From Mobula hypostoma (taxonomy: Eukaryota), in assembly GCF_963921235.1 (NCBI RefSeq), contig NC_086097.1:98768001-98832000 (forward strand): a DNA stretch of 64,000 nt, read 5' to 3'. Shown in pieces: positions 1 to 14,738 of this stretch. The stretch's first letter is position 1. Every line of letters begins with the position of its first letter. The position numbers were made by a program, and so were the translations under genes. The notes under the pieces were generated by a model. The model saw only the letters and a program-made list of their open reading frames with translations. It did no database searches and had not been told where the DNA came from.

Positions 1-3000
1 CCCTTCCGTTACCCACACTCACCCCTCCCCTATCCACGACCCTTCCATTACCCACACTCACCCCTCCCCTATCCACGACCCTTCCATGACCCACACTCAC
101 CCCTCCCCTATCCACGACCCTTCCGTTACCCACACTCACCCCTCCCCTACCCACCACCCTTCCGTTACCCACACACACCCCTCCCCTATCCACGACCCTT
201 CCATTACCCACACTCACCCCTCCCCTATCCACGACCCTTCCGTTACCCACACTCACCCCTCCCCTATCCACGACCCTTCCGTTACCCACACTCACCCCTC
301 CCCTATCCACGACCCTTCCATTACCCACACTCACCCCTCCCCTATCCACGACCCTTCCGTTACCCACACTCACCCCTCCCCTACCCACGACCCTCCCGTT
401 ACCCACAGTCACCCCTCCCCTATCCACGACCCTTCCGTTACCCACACTCACCCCTCCCCTACCCACGACCCTTCCGTTACCCACACTCAGCCCTCCCCTA
501 TCCACGAACCTCCGGTTAAAGTCCTTCACCCCTCCCCTATCCACGACCCTTCCGTTACCCACACTCACCCCTCCCCTACCCACGACCCTTCCGTTACCCA
601 CACTCACCCCTCCCCTATCCACGACCCTTCCGTTACCCACAAACACCCCTCCCCTACCTACGCCACTTCCGTTGCCCCCACTCACCCCTCCCTTATGCAC
701 GACCCTTCCGTTACCCACAAACACCCCTCCCCTATCGACGACTCTTCCATTACCCACACTCACCCCTCCCCATCCACGAACCTTCCATTACCCACACTCA
801 CACCTCCCCTATCCACAAACCTTCCATTACCCACACTCACCCCTCCCCTACCTACGACCCTCCCGTTACCCACAGTCACCACTCCCCTATCAACGACCCT
901 TCCATTACCCACACTCACCGCTCGCCTATCCACGACCCTCCCGTTACCCACACTCACCCCACCCCTATCCACGACCCCTCCGTTACCCACGCTGACCCGT
1001 CCCCTATCAACGACCCTTCCATTACCCACACTCACCCCTCCCCATCCACGACCTTTCCGTTACTCACACTCACCCATCCCCTATCCACGACCCTCCCGTT
1101 ACCCACACTCACCCCTCCCCTACCCACGACCCTCCCATTACCCACAGTCACCCCTCCCCTATCCACGACCCTTCCGTTACCCCCACTCTCCCCTACCCTG
1201 TCCACGACCCCCCGTTACCCACACTCACCCATCCCCTATCCACGACCCTCCCGTTACCCACATTCACCCCTCCCCTATCCACGACCCTTCCGTTACCCAC
1301 ACTCACCCCTCCCCATCCACGAGCCTTCCATAACCCACACTCACCGCTCCCCAATCCACGACCTTCCCATTACCCACAGTCACCCCTCCCCATCCACGAC
1401 CCTCCCGTTACCCACACTCACCCCATCCCCTATCCACGACCCTTCCGTTTACCACAGTCACCCCTCCCCTATCCACGACCCTTCCGTTACCCAAACTCAC
1501 CCCTCCCCATTCCACGACCCTTCAATTACACACACTCACCCCTACGCCATCTACGACCCTTCCATGACCCACACTCACCCCTCCCCTATAGACGACCCTT
1601 CCGTTACCCACACTCACCCCACACCCATCCACGACCTTCCGTTACCCACACTCACCCCTTCATTACCCACCACCCTTCCGTTACCCACACTCACCCCCCC
1701 ATCCGAGACCCTGCCTTATCCACCTCACCTCTCCGCTATCCACGACCCTTCCGTTACCCACAGTCACCCCTTCCCTATCCAGGACCCTTCCGTTACCCAC
1801 ACTCACACCTCCCCTACCCACGACCCTTCCGTTACCCCCACTCACCCCACCCCGACCCACGACTCTTCCGTTACACTCAATCACCCCTCCCCTATCCACG
1901 ACCCTTCTGTAACCCACACTCAACCCTCCCCTACCCACGACCCTTCCGTTACCCACACTCACCCCACCCCTATCCACGACCCTTCCGTTACCCATTCTCA
2001 CCCCTCCCCTATCCACGACCCTCCCGTGACACACACTCACCCCTCCTCTATCCACGAACCTCCCGTTACCCACACTCACCCCTCCAATATCAACGACGCT
2101 TCCGTTACAAACACTCACCCCTTCCCTACCCACGACACTTCCGTTACCCACACTGACCACTACCCTATCCATTACCCTTCCATTACCCATACTCACCCTC
2201 CCCTATACAGGACTCGTCCGTTACCCACACTCACCCTCCCCTATCCACGACCCTTCCGTTACCCACACTCACCCCACCCCCATTCACGACCCTTCCGTTA
2301 CCCACACTCACCCCTCCCCCATCCACGACCCTTCCGTTACCCACACTCACCCCTCCCCTATCCACGACCCTTCCGTTACCCACACTCACCCCTCCCCTAT
2401 CCACGACCCTTCCACTACCAACACTCACCCCTCCCCTACCCACGACACTCCCGTTACCCACAATCACCCCTCCCCTATCCACGACCCTTCCATTACCCAC
2501 ACTCACCCCTCCCCTATCCACGACCCTTCCGTTACCCACAGTCACCCCTCCCCTATCCAGGACCCTTCTGTTACCAACACTCACCCCTCCCCTGTCCACT
2601 ACCCTTCCAGTAACAACACTCACCCCTCCCCTACCCACGACCCTCCCGTTACCCACAATCACCCCTCCCCTATCCACGACCCTTCCGTTACCCACACTCA
2701 CCCCTCCCCTATCCATGACCCTTCCATGACCCACACTCACCCCCCTATCCACGACCCTTCCGTAACCCACACTCAACCCTCACCTACCTACGACCCTTCC
2801 GTAACCCACACTCATCCCTCCCCTACCCACGACCCTCCCGTTACCCTCAGTCACCCCTCCCCTATCCACGACCCTTACGTTACCCACAGTCACCCCTCCC
2901 CTATCCAGGACCCTTCCGTTACCCAGACTCACCCCTCCCCTATCCACGACCCTTCCGTTACCCCCACTCACCCCTCCCCTACGCACGACCCTTCCGTTAC

Positions 3001-6000
3001 CCACACTCACCCCTCCCCTATCCACGACCCTTCCGTTACCCACACTCACCCCTCCCCTATCCACGACCCTTCCGTTACCCACACTCACCCCTCCCCTATC
3101 CACGACCCTTCCGTTACCCACACTCACCCCTCCCCTATCCACGACCCTTCCATGACCCACACTCACCCCTCCCCTATCCACGACCCTTCCATTACCCACA
3201 CTCACCCCACCCCTATCCACGACCCTTCCGTTACCCACACTCACCCCTCCCCTATCCACGACCCTTCCATAACCCACACTCACCCCTCACCCAGCAACGA
3301 CCCTTGCATTACCCACTCTCACCCCTCCCCCTTCCCTATCCACGACCGTTCCATTACCCACACTCACCCCTCCCCTATCCACGACCCTCCCGTTACCCAC
3401 ACTCACCCCTCCCCTATCCACGACCCTTCCGTTACCCACACTCACCCCTCCCCTATCCACGACCCTTCCATTACCCACACTCACCCCTCCCCTATCCACG
3501 ACCCTTCCGTTACCCACACTCACCCCTCCCCTACCCACGACCCTTCCGTTACCCACACTCACCCCTCCCCTATCCACGACCCTTCCGTTACCCACACTCA
3601 CCCCTCCCCTATCCACGACCCTTCCGTTACCCACACTCACCCCTCCCCTATCCACGACCCTTCCATTACCCACACTCACCCCTCCCCTATCCACGACCCT
3701 TCCGTTACCCACACTCACCCCTCCCCTATCCACGACCCTTCCATTACCCACACTCACCCCTCCCCTATCCACGACCCTTCCATTACCCACGCTCACCTCC
3801 TATCCACGACCCTACCGTTACCCACACTCACCCCTCCCCCTTCCCTATCCACGACCGTTCCATTACCCACACTCACCCCTCCCCTACAAACGACCCTCCC
3901 GTTACCCACACTCACCCCTCCCCTATCCACGACCCTTCCGTTACCCACACTCACCCCTCCCCTATCCAGGACCCTTCCGTTACCCACACTCACCCCTCCC
4001 CTATCCACGACCCTTCCGTTACCCACACTCACCCCTCCCCTATCCACGACCCTTCCGTTACCCACACTCACCCCTCCCCTAACTACGACCCTTCCGTTAC
4101 CCACACTCACCCCTCCCCTACCCACGACCCTTCCGTTACCCACAGTCACCCCTCCCCTTTCCACGACCCTTCCGTTACCCACACTCACCCCTCCCCTATC
4201 CACGACCCTTCCGTTACCCACACTCACCCCTCCCCTATCCACGACCCTTCCGTTACCCACACTCACCCCTCCCCTATCCACGACCCTTCCATTACCCACA
4301 CTCACCCCTCCCTCATCCACGACCCTCCCGTTACCCACACTCACCCCTCCCCTATCCACGACCCTTCCGTTACCCACACTCACCCCTACCCTATCCACGA
4401 CCCTTCCGTTACCCACACTCACCCCTGTCCCCTCCCCTATCCACGACCGTTCCATTACCCACACTCACCCCTCCCCCATTCACGACCCTTCCATTACTCA
4501 CACTCACCCCTCTCCTACCCACTACCCTTCCACTCCCCACCCTCACCCCTCCCCTATCCACGACCGTTCCATTACCCACACTCACCCCTCCCCTACAAAC
4601 GACCCTCCCGTTACCCACTGTCACCCCTCCCCTATCCACGACCCTTCCGTTACCCACACTCACCCCTCCCCTATCCACGACCCTTCCGTTACCCACACTC
4701 ACCCCTCCCCTATCCTCGACCCTTCCGTTACCCACACTCACCCCTTCCCTACACACCACCCTTCCGTTACCCACACTCACCCCTCCCCTATCCACGACCC
4801 TTCCGTTACCCACACTCACGGCTCCCCTATCGACGACCCTCCCATTACCCACAGTCACCCCTCCCCATCCACGACCCTCCCGTTACCCACACTCACCCCA
4901 TCCCCTATCCACGACCCTTCCGTTTCCCACACTCACCCCATCCCCTATCCATGACCCTTCCGTTACCCACACTCACCCCTCCCCATTCCAAGACCCTTCA
5001 ATTACACACACTCACCCCTACCCCATCCACGACCATTCCATGTTACCCACACTCACCCCTCCCCTATCCACGACCCTTCCATTACCCACACTCACCCCTC
5101 CCCTATCCACGACCCTTCAGTTACCCACACTCACCCCTCCCCTATCCGCGACCCTTCCGTTACCCACATTCACCCTTCCCCCATCCACGACGCTCCCATT
5201 ATCCACACTCACCCCTCCCCTATCCACGACCCTTCCGTTACCCACACTCACCCCTCCCCTATCCACGACCCTTCCGTTACCCACACTCACCCCTCCCCTA
5301 TCCACGACCCTTCCGTTACCCACACTCACCCCTCCCCTATCCACGACCGTTCCATTACCCACACTCACCCCTCCCCCATTCACGACCCTTCCATTACTCA
5401 CACTCACCCCTCTCCTACCCACTACCCTTCCACTCCCCACCCTCACCCCTCCCCTATCCACGACCCTTCCATTACCCACACTCACCCCTCCCCTACAAAC
5501 GACCCTCCCGTTACTCACTGTCACCCCTCCCCTATCCACGACCCTTCCGTCACCGACATTCACCCCTCGCCTATCCACGACCCTTCCGTTACCTACACTC
5601 ACCCCTCCCCTATTCTCGACCCTTCCGTTACCCACACTCACCCCTTCCCTACACACCACCCTTCCGTTACCCACACTCACCCCTCCCCTATCCACGACCC
5701 TTCCGTTACCCACACTCACCCCTCCCCTATCGACGACCCTCCCATTACCCACAGTCACCCCTCCCCTATCCACGACCCTTCCGTTACCCACACTCACCCC
5801 TCCCCTATCCACGACCCTTCCGTTACCCACACTCACCCCTCCCCTATCCACGACCCTTCCGTTACCCACACTCACCCCTCCCCATTCCACGACCCTTCAA
5901 TTACACACACTCACCCCTACCCCATCTACGACCCTTCCATGACCCACACTCACCCCTCCCCTATCCACGACCCTTGCATTACCCACACTCACCCCTCCCC

Positions 6001-9000
6001 TATCCACGACCCTTCCGTTACCCACACTCACCCCTCCCCTATCCACGACCCTTCCGTTACCCACACTCACCCCTCCCCCATCCACGACCCTTCCATTACC
6101 CACACTCACCCCTCCCCTATCCACGACCCTTCCGTTACCCACACTCACCCCTCCCCTATCCACGACCCTTCCGTTACCCACACTCACCCCTCCCCTATCC
6201 ACGACCCTTCCATTACCCACACTCACCCCTCCCCTATCCACGACCCTCCGGCTACCCACACTCACCCCTCCCCTATCCACGACCCTTCCATTACCCACAC
6301 TCACCCCTCCCCTATCCACGACCCTCCCGTTACCCACACTCACCCCTCCCCTATCCACGACCCTCCCGTTACCCACACTCACCCCTCCCCTATCCACGAC
6401 CCTTCCGTTACCCACACTCACCCCACCCCTATCCACGACCCTTCCGTTACCCACACTCACCCCTCCCCTATCCACGACCCTTCCGTTACCCACACTCACC
6501 CCTACCCCATCCACGACCCTTCCATGACCCACACTCACCCCTCCCCTATCCACGACCCTTCCATTACCCACACTCACCCCTCCCCTATCCACGACCCTTC
6601 CGTTACCCACACTCACCCCTCCCCTATCCACGACCCTTCCATTACCCACACTCACCCCTCCCCTATCCACGACCCTTCCATTACCCACACTCACCCCTCC
6701 CCTATCCACGACCCTTCCGTTACCCACACTCACCCCTCCCCTATCCACGACCCTTCCATGACCCAGACTCACCCCTCCCCTATCCATGACTCTCCCGTTA
6801 CCAACACTCACCTCTGCCCCCTCCCCTGTCCACGATCCTTCCGTTACCCACACTCACCCCTCCCCTATACACGACCCTTCCGTTACCCACACTCACCCCT
6901 CCCCTATCCACGACCCTTCCATTACCCACACTCACCCCTCCCCTATCCACGACCCTTCCGTTACCCACACTCACCCCTCCCCTATCCACGACCCTTCCGT
7001 TACCCACACTCACCCCTCCCCTATCCAGGACCCTTCCGTTACCCACACTCACCCCTCCCCTATCCACGACCCTTCCGTTACCCACACTCACCCCTCCCCT
7101 ATCCACGACCCTTCCGTTACCCACACTCACCCCTCCCCTATCCAGGACCCTTCCGTTACCCACACTCACCCCTCCCCTATCCATGACCCTTCCTTTACCC
7201 ACACTCACCCCACCCCCATCCACGACCCTTCCGTTACCCACACTCACCCCTTCCCTACCCACGACCCTTCCGTTACCCACACTCACCCCTCCCCTATCCA
7301 CGACCCTTCCATTACCCACACTCACCCCTCCCCTATCCACGACCCTTCCGTTACCCACACTCACCCCTCCCCTATCCACGACCCTTCCGTTACCCACACT
7401 CACCCCACCCCTATCCACGACCCTTCCGTTACCCACACTCACCCCTCCCCTATCCACGACCCTTCCACTACCAACACTCACCCCTCCCCTACCCACGACA
7501 CTCCCGTTACCCACAGTCACCCCTCCCCTATCCACGACCCTTCCATTACCCACACTCACCCCTCCCCTATCCACGACCCTTCCGTTACCCACACTCACCC
7601 CACCCCTATCCAAGACCCTTCCGTTACCCACACTCACCCCTCCCCTATCCACGACCCTTCCGTTACCCACACTCACCCCTCCCCTATCCACGACCCTTCC
7701 GTAACCCACACTCACCCCTCCCCTACCCACGACCCTTCCGTTACCCACACTCACCCCTCCCCATCCACGACCCTTCCGTAACCCACACTCACCCCTCCCC
7801 TACCCACGACAATTCCGTTACCCACATTCCACGACCCTACCGTTACCCACACTCACCCCCCCTATCCAAGACCCTTCCTTATCCACACTCACCCCTCCGC
7901 TATCCACGACCCTTCCGTTACCCACAGTCACCCCTCCCCTATCCAGGACCCTTCCGTTACCCACACTCACACCTCCCCTACCAATGACCCTTACATTACC
8001 CACACTCACCCCGCCCCTGTCCACTACCAACACTCACCCCTCCCCTACCCACGACCCTTCCGTTACCCACACTCACCCCTCCCCTATCCACGACCCTTCC
8101 GTTACCCACACTCACCCCTCCCCTATCCACGACCCTTCCGTTACCCCCACTCACCCCTCCCCTACGCACGACCCTTCCGTTACCCACACTCACCCCTCCC
8201 CTATCCACGACCCTTCCGTTACCCAAACTCACCCCTACCCTATCCAGGACCCTTACATTACCCAAACTCACCCCACCCCCATCCACGACCCTTCCGTTAC
8301 CCACACTCACCCCTCCCCTATCCACGACCCTTCCATTACCCACACTCACCCCTCCCCTATCCACGACCCTTCCGTTACCCACACTCACCCCTCCCCTATC
8401 CACGACCCTTCTGTTACCCACACTCACCCCTCCCCTATCCACGACCCTTCCGTTACCCACACTCACCCCTCCCCTATCCACGACCCTTCCGTTACCCACA
8501 CTCACCCCTCCCCTACCCACAACCATTCCGTTACCCACATTCCACGACCCTTCCGTTACCCACACTCACCCCTCCCCTATCCACGACCCTTCCGTTACCC
8601 ACACTCACCCCTCCCCTATCCACGACCCTTCCGTTACCCACACTCACCCCTCCCCTATCCACGACCCTTCCATTACCCACACTCACCCCTCCCCTATCCA
8701 CGACCCTTCCATTACCCACACTCACCCCTCCCCTATCCACGACCCTTCCGTTACCCACACTCACCCCTCCCCTATCCACGACCCTTCCGTTACCCACACT
8801 CACCCCTCCCCTATCCACGACCCTTCCGTTACCCACACTCACCCCTCCCCTACGCACGACCCTTCCGTTACCCACACTCACCCCTCCCCTATCCACGACC
8901 CTTCCGTTACCCACACTCACCCCTCCCCTATCCAGGACCCTTCCATTACCCACACTCACCCCACCCCCATCCACGACCCTTCCGTTACCCACACTCACCC

Positions 9001-12000
9001 CTCCCCTATCCACGACCCTTCCGTTACCCACACTCACCCCTCCCCTATCCACGACCCTTCCGTTACCCACACTCACCCCTCCCCTATCCACGACCCTTCC
9101 GTTACCCACACTCACCCCTCCCCTATCCACGACCCTTCCGTTACCCACACTCACCCCTCCCCTATCCACAACCCTTCCGTTACCCACACTCACCCCTCCC
9201 CTATCCACGACCCTTCCGTTACCCACACTCACCCCTCCCCTATCCACGACCCTTCCATTACCCACACTCACCCCTCCCCTATCCACGACCCTTCCGTTAC
9301 CCACACTCACCCCTCCCCTATCCACGACCCTTCCATTACCCACACTCACCGCTCCCTTATCCACGACCCTCCCGTTACCCACACTCACCCCCCCTATCCA
9401 CGACCCTTCCGTTACCCACACTCACCCCCCCTATCCACGACCCTTCCGTTACCCACACTCACCCCTCCCCTATCCACGACCCTTCCGTTACCCACACTCA
9501 CCCCTCCCCTATCCACGACCCTTCCGTTACCCACACTCACCCCTCCCCTATCCACGACCCTTCCATTACCCACACTCACCCCTCCCCTATCCACGAACCT
9601 TCCGTTAACCACACTCACCCCTCCCCTATAGACGACCCTTCAGTTACCCACAGTCACCCCTCCCCTATCTGCGACCCTTCCATCACCCACACTCACCCTT
9701 CCCCCATCCATGACGCTCCCATAATCCACACTCTCCTCTCCCTTATTGACGACCCTTCCGATACACACACTCACCCATCCCCTATCAACGACCCTTCCGT
9801 TACCCACACTCACCCCTCCCCTATCCACGACCCTTCCGTTACCCACACTCACCCCTCCCCTATCCACGACCCTCCGGTTACCCACACTCACCCCTCCCCT
9901 ATCCACGACCCTTCCATTACCCACACTCACCCCTCCCCTATCCACGACCCTTCCGTTACCCACACTCACCCCTCCCCTATCCACGACCCTTCCGTTACCC
10001 ACACTCACCCCTCCCCTATCCACGACCCTTCCGTTACCCACACTCACCCCTCCCCTATCCACGACCCTTCCGTTACCCACACTCACCCCTCCCCTACCCA
10101 CGACCCTTCCATTACCCATTCTCACCCCTCCCCATCCACGACCCTTCCATTACCCATTTACACCCCTCCCCTATCCACGACCCTCCCGTTACCCACACTC
10201 ACCCCTCCAATATCAACGACCCTTCCGTTACCCACACTCACCCCTCCCCTATCCACGACCCTTCCGTTACCCACACTCACCCCTCCCCTATCCACGACCC
10301 TTCCGTTACCCACACTCACCCCTCCCCTATCCACGACCCTTCCGTTACCCACACTCACCCCTCCCCTATCCACGACCCTCCCGTTACCCACACTCACCCC
10401 TCCCCTATCCACGACCCTTCCGTTACCCACACTCACCCCTCCCCTATCCATGACCCTTCCGTTACCCACAAGCACCCCTCCCCATTCCACGACCCTTCAA
10501 TTACCCACACTCACCCCTACCCCATCTACGACCCTTCCATTACCCACACTCACCCCTCCCCTATCCACGACCCTTCCGTTACCCACACTCACCCCTCCCC
10601 ATTCCACGACCCTTCCATTACCCACACTCACCCCTCCCCTATCCACGACCCTCCCGTTACCCACAGTCACCCCTTCCCTATCCCTGACCCTCCCGTTACG
10701 CACACTCACACCTCCCCGACCCACGACCCTTCCATTACCCACACTCACCCACCCATCCATGACCGTCCCGTTACCAACACTCACCCTTCCCCTATCCACG
10801 ACCCTTCCACTACCCACACTCACCCCTCTCCTATCCACGATCCTTCCATTACCCACACTCACCTCCTATCCACGACCCTTCCGTTACCCACACTCACCCC
10901 TCCCCATCAACGACCCTTCCATAACCCACACTCACCCCTCACCCAGCAACGACCCTTGCATTACCCACTCTCACCCCTCCCCCTTCCCTATCCACGACCG
11001 TTCCATTACCCACACTCACCCCTCCCCTACAAACGACCCTCCCGTTACCCACACTCACCCCTCCCCTATCCAGGACACTTACATTACCCACACTCTCCCC
11101 TCCCCTATCCACGACCCTTCCGTTACCCACACTCACCCCTCCCCTATCCACGACCCTTCCGTTACCCACACTCACCCCTCCCCTACCCACGACCCTTCCG
11201 TTACCCACACTCACCCCTCCCCTATCCACGACCCTTCCGTTACCCACACTCACCCCTCCCCTATCCACGACCCTTCCGTTACCCACACTCACCCCTCCCC
11301 TATCCACGACCCTTCCGTTACCCACACTCACCCCTCCCCTATCCACGACCCTTCCGTTACCCACACTCACCCCTCCCCTATCCACGACCCTTCCGTTACC
11401 CACACTCACCCCCCCTATCCACGACCCTTCCTTATCCACACTCACCCCTCCCCTATCCACGACCCTTCCGTTACCCACAGTCACCCCTCCCCTATCCAGG
11501 ACCCTTCCGTTACCCACACTCACACCTCCCCTACCAATGACCCTTACATTACCCACACTCACCCCGCCCCTGTCCACTACCAACACTCACCCCTCCCCTA
11601 CCCACGAACCTTCCGTTACCCAGACTCACACCTCCCCTATCCAGGACCCTTCCGTTACCCACACTCACCCCTCCGCTATCCACGACCCTTCCGTTACCCC
11701 CACTCACCCCTCCCCTACGCACGACCCTTCCGTTACCCACACTCACCCCTCCCCTATCCACGACCCTTCCGTTACCCACACTCACCCCTCCCCTATCCAC
11801 GACCCTTCCGTTACCCACACTCACCCCACCCCCATCCACGACCCTTCCGTTACCCACACTCACCCCCCTATCCACGACCCTTCCGTTACCCACACTCACC
11901 CCTCCCCTATCCACGACCCTTCCGTTACCCACACTCACCCCTCCCCTACCCACGACCCTTCTGTTACCCACACTCACCCCTCCCCATCCACGACCCTTCC

Positions 12001-12599
12001 GTAACCCATCTCACCCCTCCCCTACCCACGACCATTCCGTTACCCACATTCCACGACCCTTCCGTTACCCACACTCACCCCACACCCATCCACGACCATC
12101 CGTTACCCACACTCACCCCTCCCCTATCCACGACCCTTCCGTTACCCACACTCACCCCTTCCCTACCCACCACCCTTCTGTTACCCACACTCACCCCCCC
12201 CATCCACGACCCTCCGTTATCCACACTCACCCCTCCCCTATCCACGACCCTTCCGTTACCCACAGTCACCCCTCCCCTATCCACGACCCTTCCGTTACCC
12301 ACACTCACCCCTCCCCTACCCATGACCCTTACATTACCCACACTCACCCCGCCCCTGTCCATTACCAACACTCACCCCTCCCCTATCCACGACCCTTCCG
12401 TTACCCACACTCACCCCTCCCCTATCCACGACCCTTCCGTTACCCACACTCACCCCTCCCCTATTCACGACCCTTCCGTTACACACACTCACCCCTCCCC
12501 TATCCACGACCCTTCCGTTACCCACACTCACCCCTCCCCTATCCACGACCCGTCCGTTACACACACTCACCCCTCCCCTATCCACGACCCTTCCATTAC
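1..12599. repeat. 39-bp tandem satellite, ~320 units, C-rich on + strand
   Basis: Consensus ACCCACACTCACCCCTCCCCTATCCACGACCCTTCCGTT repeats continuously. ORF translations are 13-aa periodic ([13 protein letters not shown]). The array runs off the left edge and ends sharply at 12599/12600. Confidence 0.98.
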
Positions 12600-12758
12600 C
12601 TGTACACCCGCATGCACCCCCTGCTTTTTCTCTGTGCTCCACTGTCGGTACCCGCGTCGGCAATAGTCATGACCCTCCCAATTTCGTCTTCAACAGGCAG
12701 CAATTCATCTTGGGGACACAGTTTGGTTTTTCCTGTCAGTTCCAATGCTCTCCGCTGT
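12600..12758 (-). CDS. Candidate internal coding exon of an unidentified gene (159 nt, phase 2-2)
   Basis: Minus strand reads tttcaaatgattcag|ACAGCGG...GTGTACAG|gtaatg. Open frame [52 protein letters not shown] with an in-frame stop just upstream of the acceptor. No homolog recognised. Confidence 0.35.
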
Positions 12759-12936
12759 CTGAATCATTTGAAACGCTTATGGCTTCATATGTCTCTGGTC
12801 AGACATTTCTGGATTCTGTTCTCAGATATCAGTAACGTTCTCTTTTTTTCTCTCTCCACTGATACTCTCTGATCTGCTGTGTCTCTCGAGCATTTTTGTT
12901 TTTGCCTGTGAATTGTAGCATCTGTAGTTTGTCAGG

Positions 12937-13448
12937 GAAGCCCTCCCCACCTTCCGGCACATCTACAGAAAATAATGCTGTAGGAAAGCTGCATCCGTCA
13001 TCAGAGACCCCCCAGCAGATGGGACATGCTTTTTTCTAATGGCTGCCATCAGGAAGAAGGTACAAGAGCCTCGGGACTTACACCGACAGTTCAGAAACTG
13101 TTCCTCCCCTCAATATCAGAGGCTTAACCAGAGTGGATAACTTCACTGAACTTCACTCATCCCATCATTGCAATGTTCCCAAATCCTATGGCCTCACTTT
13201 CAAGGACTCTTCTTTTCATGCTCATGATACTTCCCGCTATTTATTCACTAGTATTATTTCTTTCTTTTTGTATTTGCACAGTTTGTTGTCTTGTGCAGAC
13301 TAGTTGAACGTCCAGGTTGGTGTGGTCTTTCACTGATTCTGTTATGGTTATTATTCTATGGATTGATTGAGTATGCCCACAAGAAAATGATTCTCAGGGT
13401 TGTATATGGTGACATGTATGTACATTGATGATAAAATTATTTTGAACT
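12937..13448 (+). mobile_element. Rex1/Babar-type LINE 3' fragment
   Basis: Decayed KAASVIRDP...LPSGRRYKSL C-terminus, a 3' UTR shared with copies at 22.5, 46.6 and 52 kb, and a TTTGAAC tail. Confidence 0.75.
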
Positions 13449-13489
13449 TTGAATGTTTTGAGGAGGAAGGGACGAAGATGTGCCGAGTG

Positions 13490-13778
13490 GGCTCCCATTA
13501 GATGTCCCTTAAGAACAGAGATGAGGAGGAATTTCTTTAGTCAGAAGGTGATAAATCTGTGGAATTCATTGCCACAGATGGATGTGGAGACCAAGTCATT
13601 GGGTGTGTTTAAAGCGGAAGTTGATAGGTTCTTGATTATTCAGGGCATGAAAGGTTAAGGGGAGAAGGCAAGAGAATGTGGTAGAGAAGGAAAACAAATC
13701 AGCCACGATCGAATGGTGGAATGGACTTAATGGACTGAATGGCTGAATTCTGCTCTATGTTTAATAGTCTTATGGTCC
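13490..13778 (+). mobile_element. CR1 LINE 3' end fragment
   Basis: RTEMRRNFFSQKVINLWNSLPQ motif followed by the CR1 3' terminal stem and tail (ggctgaattctgctc...tcttatggtc). Confidence 0.8.
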
Positions 13779-14360
13779 AATGGGTGCTGCAAGGGGCTAC
13801 CGTGCCGAGTGGATGCATGCCTGAGACGATGGGATGTCAGGTGGAACTGTAAACTCGTTCAATGGCAGAAATGAGACAGTAATCTCGTAGGAAATATTTG
13901 GCTTTAAGGTGGGCAAATATTAAATCATCTATTTTGGATGGAAATGTCCAAAAATTGCTTTTCCCACCAAAAGCTGGGAGAAACCGAAGTCCAAAGATTT
14001 CTGGATAACCATTTGGGATCTCTTCGGTCCATGAGTATATCTGTCTTATTTTGGATCTCCATGGCATGGTTCATCCACTCTGTCAGCTGACTCTGTCCCT
14101 GCCCAACCCACATCCCTCCGGTCACCTGGATGTCTAAAAATATACCAGTCTTGGAATTGACTACTATAACTCCTGGTGGGGAGAATTCCAAAGTTTTACG
14201 ATCCTCTACATAAATTTCTCCTCATCTCTGTCAGTTTCAAACCTTTAGTCTAAGTCTGTGGCCTAGTTCTGAACCATCTAGCTCATATCATTCTGAAAAG
14301 TCAAAGGTGAAGATGAGTTTATTGTCAAGTGTGCCCAGATGCAATGATAAACTTACTTGC

Positions 14361-14644
14361 GGGAAAAATGGTTTAACTACATAACACCTTGTAGGCCTGA
14401 TTTTATTCTCACAAGTCAATGAATATGTTGTAAAAAAACATCACTACTTTGTACATAGTTTTCTTCTTTTGCTTGTTCTTTCTTTCCTCTCCTTTCTATA
14501 AGTGTATGCCTCAGATAAATATTATGTGGAGATTTGTGACAAATATGATTATATGATATATATGTACAGTATCTGAAATACATCTTATGGGAAGTTTTGT
14601 TTGATGATGAACTTCAATAAAAAATAAATTACAAAAAAAAAGAA
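14361..14644 (+). mobile_element. L1/Tx1-type LINE 3' end, 5'-truncated, with poly(A) and TSD
   Basis: ORF end EKWFNYITPCRPDFILTSQ*, then AATAAA and an A tail. TSD AAACTTACTTGC at 14349-14360 and 14645-14656. Near-identical copy at 21719-22052. Confidence 0.8.
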
Positions 14645-14738
14645 AAACTTACTTGCAAAAGCAGCACAGGTGCTTGGCATTATATGAGCAGCATTTACAT
14701 AAAATATGTACCAATTTTACACAAACGATCACAATTTT

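Noticed and set aside
1..12599. CRISPR array or telomeric repeat
   Set aside because: No unique spacers or cas genes, and the context is eukaryotic. There are no (TTAGGG)n tracts, only isolated TTACCC/CCCTA similarities.
86..12666. Very long ORFs (up to 1560 aa) resembling mucin, extensin or His/Pro-rich proteins
   Set aside because: Artefact of a stop-poor 39-bp unit. All plus frames are open, indels switch frames freely, and there is no signal peptide or unique domain.
13925..14191. Minus-strand 88-aa ORF or possible terminal exon
   Set aside because: A plausible acceptor exists (tatttttag), but there is no recognisable product and no supporting donor. Too weak to call.
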